Positions 58,085 to 64,000 of a stretch of 64,000 nucleotides of DNA are shown one piece after another; within the stretch, counting starts at the first letter, position 1; every line of letters starts with the position of its first letter. Both the position numbers and the translations under genes were made by a program. Origin of the DNA: a virus; IMG/VR virus record IMGVR_UViG_3300046328_000321, positions 49,369-113,368 of that record. One strand, given 5' to 3'. Below the pieces are notes generated by a model. That model saw only the letters and a list, made by a program, of their open reading frames with translations. It made no database searches and was not told the DNA's origin.

Positions 58085-58804
58085 TTGTCGATACCATTTG
58101 CTAAGGAGACTCTAATGTTGAACCTTATGTCTGAGGCGTTTTTTGTGGTTGTCACACTGTGTGCGGTGGCTGATATCCAGCTTCTGCTGACCCTTAAGTT
58201 GGGTCTGGGGAAGATTGTTCGAAGGTGGGTCACCGCCGCTGCGACAGCCACGGCTGTGGTGATGAAGTTGGTCGGTACCACGCTGGTGCTCTTCTGTACC
58301 AGCAAGGGACACAGGACTAAGTTTGGTCGCAAGACCAGCATGGTCTCTGTCCCTAATTGGGACTGGCTCACTGTTCTGGCCAAGGATGCCAGCGGCAAGT
58401 TCCAGGTCCATAGTCTTGTGGGTTACACCAAAGCCATGGGCGGAGCCTTCGCAACGACGGTTAAACGTCACGACATGGTGTTCGTGTTGAAAGGGTATTA
58501 TAGTCCTGAGACCGAACGCTTCGTTACGGAGCATGAACTCGGCCATGTTCGTCACAACCATCTGCCTCGCATGATGGCAGTGGGTCAATTTGGTGTCATG
58601 GATCAACCCAAGTTCGAGGTGGAAGCAGACATGCACGCCGCTTCTGTGGTGGGGTGGTCAAACGCCTACTACGCCTTGACAGAAGTTCAGCAGAAGATCT
58701 GTCAAGAGTTTGGCCGCGAGGCTGAAGATGGTGTTCGCAAGATCGCTGTTCGTAAGGTAGCGATGATGGAGAAGTGGAAGTCCACATCCATGATCCCTGT
58801 CTAA
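58085..58804 (+). CDS. Putative HExxH zinc metallopeptidase-like protein
   Basis: F...HELGH and E.EAD..A motifs; promoter motif and AAGGAG RBS. Confidence 0.6.
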   Translation: MSIPFAKETLMLNLMSEAFFVVVTLCAVADIQLLLTLKLGLGKIVRRWVTAAATATAVVMKLVGTTLVLFCTSKGHRTKFGRKTSMVSVPNWDWLTVLAKDASGKFQVHSLVGYTKAMGGAFATTVKRHDMVFVLKGYYSPETERFVTEHELGHVRHNHLPRMMAVGQFGVMDQPKFEVEADMHAASVVGWSNAYYALTEVQQKICQEFGREAEDGVRKIAVRKVAMMEKWKSTSMIPV

Positions 58805-58858
58805 CCAACAGGGAAAAATAACACCCCAGCCCACAAGGCCAGGGTGTTATTTTTTTTT

Positions 58859-60586
58859 TCAGTCTATCAAATCCAATAACTGATAAGGCTCAGGCATCTT
58901 AAACATGTTGGTACAATACTCCAATGAGTTTGTAGAACCCAACACCATATTCAGATTCTGCATCCTAAACACACTCTCATCCACACCGTTGATATCGATG
59001 ATCTCTCTGTGTGTCGTGGCTTTACTTACATTGCAGACAGATGTCGCTGATGGGTAAGCAGCTGAACTATCTGAATCGTAGACAAAAGCTCTGAAGTTAG
59101 TTTGTATGGTCGGATCTTCTTCAATAAGATTTAATCCCAATACAGACATATAAGAAGGTAATGTAACGATCCATCCTGCTAAAGATAGACAGCGGGCTCC
59201 TTCATCATAGATTAAATCATCTTCGTCACCCACATCTTCGTCCAGAGTAATGTCTTCTTCCATGTCTTCAGCGATAACTTTATCCCTGACCATTCCAACA
59301 GTACCTAAAATATGATCTTTTTTACTATTGGCAAAATAAAAAAAAGCATCTGCAATTTTTTTAGGCTGTGAATTAAATCTGCTAAACTCAGTTGTGTCGC
59401 AAGAAGAAGTGAAGGCATAGGCAAGATCTGTAGTTTTAGCATCCAGTTCTATCATGGAAATACAATCGAACATGTTATAAATAACATATTCCATCTTGTA
59501 ATGGGACTGCATAAAACTGTGCCATTGAGCTTTTTCATAGGCATCAGCCTCTTTGAACTTTAATTTACGTATACCAAGTTCAAGATTTAGAATCCAATCC
59601 AAAGAATAGTGCGGTTGTTCTGCTTTAGCCAATCTTAACAATTTGTAAACACACATAGCATCAATTACATAAAAAGATGCTGTTAAGTTTAAAGTATGCC
59701 ATTGAGCAGCAATGTTGATAGGCATGACCTTACCAGAAGCTGTCACTCGTTTAGTTTTACCTAACTTATAGTTACAAACTCTGTAAGTTTTAGGTATTGC
59801 AGGGTCACAAAAAATATCCGCAGGGTCCAGACCAGCATCTTCTATCTCAGCTATGATCTTAGGAATATCGTAATTAATGTTCCAGATGGCTAAGATATCT
59901 GGCTTAATTTGATGCAGTCTTTTAAAAGCTTCTGTGAATGCGGCAATGTTATCTTCTACAACCAACAACTCACATTCTAGATTATGTTTTTCAATATATT
60001 CTTGTATGTACTTTTTCTTGCAAATGTCATACAAAGATTGTATATCAGCCAAACCTGAAATATATTCTTTAGTAACGGCTGTAAAACATTTACCTTTACT
60101 GACAATAGTAATAAGGACAGTTTTATTATGTCCTATCACCATATCAGTTTCAATATCAAGAAAAGCCAGACTATTAGCAGACACGCATCCTGGATGTTTG
60201 GTTTTGTAGTCATTTTTAATAAACGACATAGAAGAAACATCAGCACCGTAAACATAAGGAGAAACTAACAGTTCTTTCAAATGTTCTTTGGTCCAAGATT
60301 TATCTAAAGCTCTGGCTATGTTGTTTCTCAAACTGGATTCGGTACATTCAAACCTATCTAACTTAGAGATGCGCTCACATTCTTTTTTTTGTTTATGATT
60401 GCGAAAAGCTCTTTTAGTAATCCAGTAAGGTCTTTTATAATTTTTAATCAAACGAATGCTTGGTACTAAAGTCCCATCTGAGAAATGTGTGACTTCTTTA
60501 ATCAAATGGATGTCTTCAATGTCCGGGTGGATGCTCGGAACATGAACGACAAATTTACATTCTTTGCCCTTGATTTCAGTAGTCAT
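58859..60586 (-). CDS. DNA polymerase B exonuclease/N-terminal subunit (phiKZ gp82-like)
   Basis: DIET, WNINYD, YN.FD, D.D..AAYPS motifs; start moved to MTTEIK. Confidence 0.82.
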   Translation of the reverse strand: MTTEIKGKECKFVVHVPSIHPDIEDIHLIKEVTHFSDGTLVPSIRLIKNYKRPYWITKRAFRNHKQKKECERISKLDRFECTESSLRNNIARALDKSWTKEHLKELLVSPYVYGADVSSMSFIKNDYKTKHPGCVSANSLAFLDIETDMVIGHNKTVLITIVSKGKCFTAVTKEYISGLADIQSLYDICKKKYIQEYIEKHNLECELLVVEDNIAAFTEAFKRLHQIKPDILAIWNINYDIPKIIAEIEDAGLDPADIFCDPAIPKTYRVCNYKLGKTKRVTASGKVMPINIAAQWHTLNLTASFYVIDAMCVYKLLRLAKAEQPHYSLDWILNLELGIRKLKFKEADAYEKAQWHSFMQSHYKMEYVIYNMFDCISMIELDAKTTDLAYAFTSSCDTTEFSRFNSQPKKIADAFFYFANSKKDHILGTVGMVRDKVIAEDMEEDITLDEDVGDEDDLIYDEGARCLSLAGWIVTLPSYMSVLGLNLIEEDPTIQTNFRAFVYDSDSSAAYPSATSVCNVSKATTHREIIDINGVDESVFRMQNLNMVLGSTNSLEYCTNMFKMPEPYQLLDLID

Positions 60587-60679
60587 GGTAAAGAGTGGTT
60601 GGTTGTTATACACATAACATCTGACCGGAGCATGGTTTTTTCTTTTTCCGACCACCCAGACATCATAGGAGATATTATA

Positions 60680-62029
60680 ATGTTTTTAGAGAGAAGAAAT
60701 AAATTTAATTTTGCCATGGAAATGATCGATTTCCAAAACGATAAGTTTGGTGAACGGCTTGAAGGCGTGGTCACTCGAATCTATAAAGTCATTGACAACA
60801 CCATCGGTATCACCAGTGATCGTGTGGCATTACTATCTGAAACTAAAGAATTGGCTATGTTAGTCAAGTCTCGTTTGGGATTTGGTGTGGATATCATCAC
60901 ACATAAAGCTTTAGCTGCTGTGATGCCTTTTTATGGACAGGCTCATAGCATCTTTATTCCTAAAAAATGGCATGGTGAATTGGCTGATGATTTTGTTCAA
61001 GAACAATTAAATGCAGTCAAATCAAATAAAAAAGATAAGGGTACTGTTAACACAGCCGAGGCGAGAGTCGGGGGTGTTTTTGCAGATGTAGTTATTCAAT
61101 TGTTTATAGATTTTCTTCAGTTAAAGAATGTTTATAGATGTACCCCTGCTGAAACCACAGGTATTATGCTGCATGAGCTTGGTCATGCTTTTTGCGGTAT
61201 GGAATACAGCGATCGCATGGACACCAATAATCAGGTATTAGCTGATTTAACTAAAGCAATATTGGGTAAAAAATCTAATAAAGATGTTAACTATATTTTT
61301 AGAGAACTTAAAACTGTTAACCCAAAGATTAAACGTGAAGAAGCAGATAAACTAATGTCTTCAGATAAGACAGTGGCTTCTTATAATTGGTTTAAGTATA
61401 TCATTGATATCTCTGGTGACGGCACTGGTACTCAGATAGAAAATGGTAAGTATAGTTCTACTAGTTTTGAACAAATGGCCGATAACTTTGCCAGTCGATT
61501 TGGTTACGGAAGACATGTTACCACCGGTTTAGATAAATTAATTAAATCTGGATGGTCACCCGAAAAACAACGAAGTGCTTGGTTGTTTTGGCAAATTTTT
61601 ATTTTAATTGGTATTGTAACCATGGTTTGGTGGTTAGCTGTTGCTATTTCTGGGGGTTTCTTACTTGAAATATTAATAGGTGCACTTTTAACGGTCATGT
61701 TTGTTTCAACGTCTGGTGAGGATGGTAGGGACTACACCTATGATAAATTAAAGTTACGTTATATACGAATCCGTAATGACCTTGTGGAATCTCTTAAAGA
61801 CCCCAAGATGGATAAAAAAGAAGTTAAGACAATAGTTGATAACATCTATGTCATAGACGGATGTATCAAAGAAACTTTTGAATATAATAATTTGTTAGAT
61901 GGTTTCTTGAATGTGTTCTGGAGTTCAGATCGCAGAGCAGGTAAATCTATTCAAGAAGAACAACTTCTTGAAGAATTGGCTTCTAACATGTTGTTTGTAA
62001 GAGCAGCAGAACTTCGTCTCAAGATTTAA
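60680..62029 (+). CDS. Virion protein with HExxH motif and TM segments (gp83-like)
   Basis: LHELGH, EQMAD.FASRFG, hydrophobic helices; AGGAG RBS. Confidence 0.6.
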   Translation: MFLERRNKFNFAMEMIDFQNDKFGERLEGVVTRIYKVIDNTIGITSDRVALLSETKELAMLVKSRLGFGVDIITHKALAAVMPFYGQAHSIFIPKKWHGELADDFVQEQLNAVKSNKKDKGTVNTAEARVGGVFADVVIQLFIDFLQLKNVYRCTPAETTGIMLHELGHAFCGMEYSDRMDTNNQVLADLTKAILGKKSNKDVNYIFRELKTVNPKIKREEADKLMSSDKTVASYNWFKYIIDISGDGTGTQIENGKYSSTSFEQMADNFASRFGYGRHVTTGLDKLIKSGWSPEKQRSAWLFWQIFILIGIVTMVWWLAVAISGGFLLEILIGALLTVMFVSTSGEDGRDYTYDKLKLRYIRIRNDLVESLKDPKMDKKEVKTIVDNIYVIDGCIKETFEYNNLLDGFLNVFWSSDRRAGKSIQEEQLLEELASNMLFVRAAELRLKI

Positions 62030-62037
62030 GGATTAAT

Positions 62038-62499
62038 ATGTTACTCACTCTTAATGCAAAATCAAATGAATTTTTGGTAAACATTGGTTCTACAGGTAAG
62101 TCTAAAACCAAAGGTGTGACTTTAGGTTTGGCTCGTGCCATTGCCTATCGATTAGATCTTCCTCCAGGTCCTGTGGAAGATATCTTTCAATATTACCGTA
62201 CCGAACATTTAACAGATGTATCTCGTGATGTGGGATCTATTAATGAGATCTGTTTGTTAGATACCTCTGCCGTATTAAAAGAAGTAGAAGCTTTCTACAT
62301 GTTTAGATGCCAGGCTGTCTATGATAACGGCATGTTCCATACTCAAAGCACTATTGGTAATGGTATTATAGATATATTTAAACTGTACAAATATTTCTCT
62401 GAAGAAACTCTGAACTTCATGAAAGACAACTCTATGGAAGTGTCAGTTATGAACAATGGTTTTTTGAAAGTATTTGAACAAATAAAGAAAGTCAATTGA
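62038..62499 (+). CDS. Conserved phiKZ-like virion protein
   Basis: Operonic; synteny. Confidence 0.5.
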   Translation: MLLTLNAKSNEFLVNIGSTGKSKTKGVTLGLARAIAYRLDLPPGPVEDIFQYYRTEHLTDVSRDVGSINEICLLDTSAVLKEVEAFYMFRCQAVYDNGMFHTQSTIGNGIIDIFKLYKYFSEETLNFMKDNSMEVSVMNNGFLKVFEQIKKVN

Positions 62500-62500
62500 T

Positions 62501-63598
62501 ATGTTAAATGATGACATCATGGACGATCTGGAAAACTCTGTGGTAGATCACGATTTAATTCAAGCTCCATCGCAAATTACCTCCAGCTCCAAAGCAGTTG
62601 TACTTATCGGTAATCCCAAAGACCAAACAACTACACCTTTAGTTACTCACCAACTAACCCAAGCAAACGTACAGTTTCAGATAATTGGTCAACACAGCAA
62701 CAAGATAATCGAAATGCAAGCTGTGCATGACGAAATTGCTGCCGAGGGTGTGGTATCTAAAATAGATGTGGCTTATGCTCTTGAAGAATTTCCACATCTA
62801 CTTGGTACTAAAATGAGTTTGGAGCAATTTACAAATAGTAAAACCAAAGTCAACTACGATATGATCATTTCTAATATGAAGCGTTCTATTGGGTTGGAAG
62901 AAGCTTTACTATTTGAAAATGCTAAGACTTTTCTTAAAGATCCGATGGACATGGCTATCGCATCTGTGGCCGTTTTGTTATCTGATCATTTACCCGCTGT
63001 TAAAAACACAGGAAATGATCTTCATATCAACGCCAAAGATATCGCTTCTAAATTAGAAGGATCTAAACATACTGTAGTTAAATATAAAGAAGAATTTAAA
63101 TCTTTCTTAAATATTCCTATACGTGAGTTGATTCCTGATATGTTCATAGGTGGTACCATGGATCAGGAAGCTTTTAAGAGAGCCGTTGCTAATATAGAAA
63201 TTGTTTATGAATGTAAGGCTTTAAAGACTTGTATCGCCAGTGTGATCTATGGTGAAGATCTTAAGAACGTATTTTCTTCTGAAAACATGCGTGGTGAAAC
63301 TATTCACGATCTGTCTTTTAAAGATCTATTAAACTTTTTTTCCAATGAAAAGTTTCCTGAGCTTTTCATTGGAATTGAAGATACTCTAAAAGATCTGAGT
63401 ACTAAGTTAGACTTTCTAAAAAATAGTGCTAAAACTGAAACAGCTACTCCTATTGAACTCCATAAATTTCTCATTGAAAACAATAGCATGTTCGTCAGAA
63501 CCATGAGAACATCTGTGACTATTGTTAATGCTGTATTTAGTTTAGGTCAATTAAATTTTAATACTCGTATTTTATTTGAAGAGCTTAAGAAAGCTTAA
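62501..63598 (+). CDS. Putative head protein with protease-site-like motifs
   Basis: AAE/ALE/SLE/GLE (S/A/G-x-E) motifs typical of phiKZ-like processed head proteins. Confidence 0.5.
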   Translation: MLNDDIMDDLENSVVDHDLIQAPSQITSSSKAVVLIGNPKDQTTTPLVTHQLTQANVQFQIIGQHSNKIIEMQAVHDEIAAEGVVSKIDVAYALEEFPHLLGTKMSLEQFTNSKTKVNYDMIISNMKRSIGLEEALLFENAKTFLKDPMDMAIASVAVLLSDHLPAVKNTGNDLHINAKDIASKLEGSKHTVVKYKEEFKSFLNIPIRELIPDMFIGGTMDQEAFKRAVANIEIVYECKALKTCIASVIYGEDLKNVFSSENMRGETIHDLSFKDLLNFFSNEKFPELFIGIEDTLKDLSTKLDFLKNSAKTETATPIELHKFLIENNSMFVRTMRTSVTIVNAVFSLGQLNFNTRILFEELKKA

Positions 63599-63735
63599 AC
63601 AACATATTTTTCATATCAAGCCTACGTAGGCTTGATATGAACCTTTTATAACATATCTCAATCACTTATACTTTAACTGAGCTATTATAGTTTAAACTGA
63701 TCTATCTGTCAGTACTATCAGCTAAGGAGATAAAG

Positions 63736-64000
63736 ATGACTATCGTTACTAATGAAGAAGGTACTTTTCATTATAATGAAAAGGGCGAATACCATCGTGA
63801 AGATGGACCTGCTGTAGAATATAACAATGGTACTAAAGAATGGTATCTGAATGATCAACGACATCGTGTAAATGGTCCTGCTTTTGAACGGTCAGATGGT
63901 TATAAAGCCTGGTTCGTCGACGATCAACCACATCGTACAGATGGTCCTGCTGTTGACGATGTAAATGGTTATAAAGCCTGGTTTGTTAATGGTGTGTACC
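63736..64000 (+). CDS. HRxDGPA-repeat protein (runs off the window end)
   Basis: Same promoter and leader; MTIVTNEEGTFHYNEKGEYHREDGPA. Confidence 0.8.
   Translation, partial: MTIVTNEEGTFHYNEKGEYHREDGPAVEYNNGTKEWYLNDQRHRVNGPAFERSDGYKAWFVDDQPHRTDGPAVDDVNGYKAWFVNGVY

Noticed and set aside
60485-60679. Real overlap between divergent ORFs 58859..60655 and 60485..62029
   Set aside because: Internal starts at 60586 and 60680 remove the overlap, and 60680 has an AGGAG RBS.

Overview
AT-rich window from a nucleus-forming, phiKZ-like jumbo phage (Chimalliviridae-type). The evidence is the conserved block of DNA polymerase, chimallin, non-virion RNA polymerase (nvRNAP) beta', SbcD, ChmC/gp68/gp69-like genes, nvRNAP beta, nvRNAP beta' and SF2 helicase, followed by a virion RNAP subunit and virion genes. 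Orthologue names come from recalled motifs and synteny, not from database searches. The notable signals are mostly in RNA. (1) The catalytic nvRNAP beta' gene is split by four ORF-less group I introns, and its NADFDGD motif is assembled from a 12-nt micro-exon, a 9-nt micro-exon and the last exon. A fifth intron splits nvRNAP beta. (2) An ORF-free unit at 1.63-2.11 kb runs promoter, type I hammerhead ribozyme, ~320-nt structured RNA, terminator. (3) In the tRNA cluster, two free-standing HNH genes sit inside broken tRNA genes, and a tRNA-Leu(UAA) carries a group I intron with an apparently non-canonical splice site. Other features: an inverted-repeat-bounded captured antitoxin, a Tad1-like sponge, a nuclease-less IS110/Nop-domain (TasA-like) protein, a dispersed family of HRxDGPA-repeat gene cassettes, a probable -1 frameshift gene pair, and a bipartite phage promoter repeated about 16 times.
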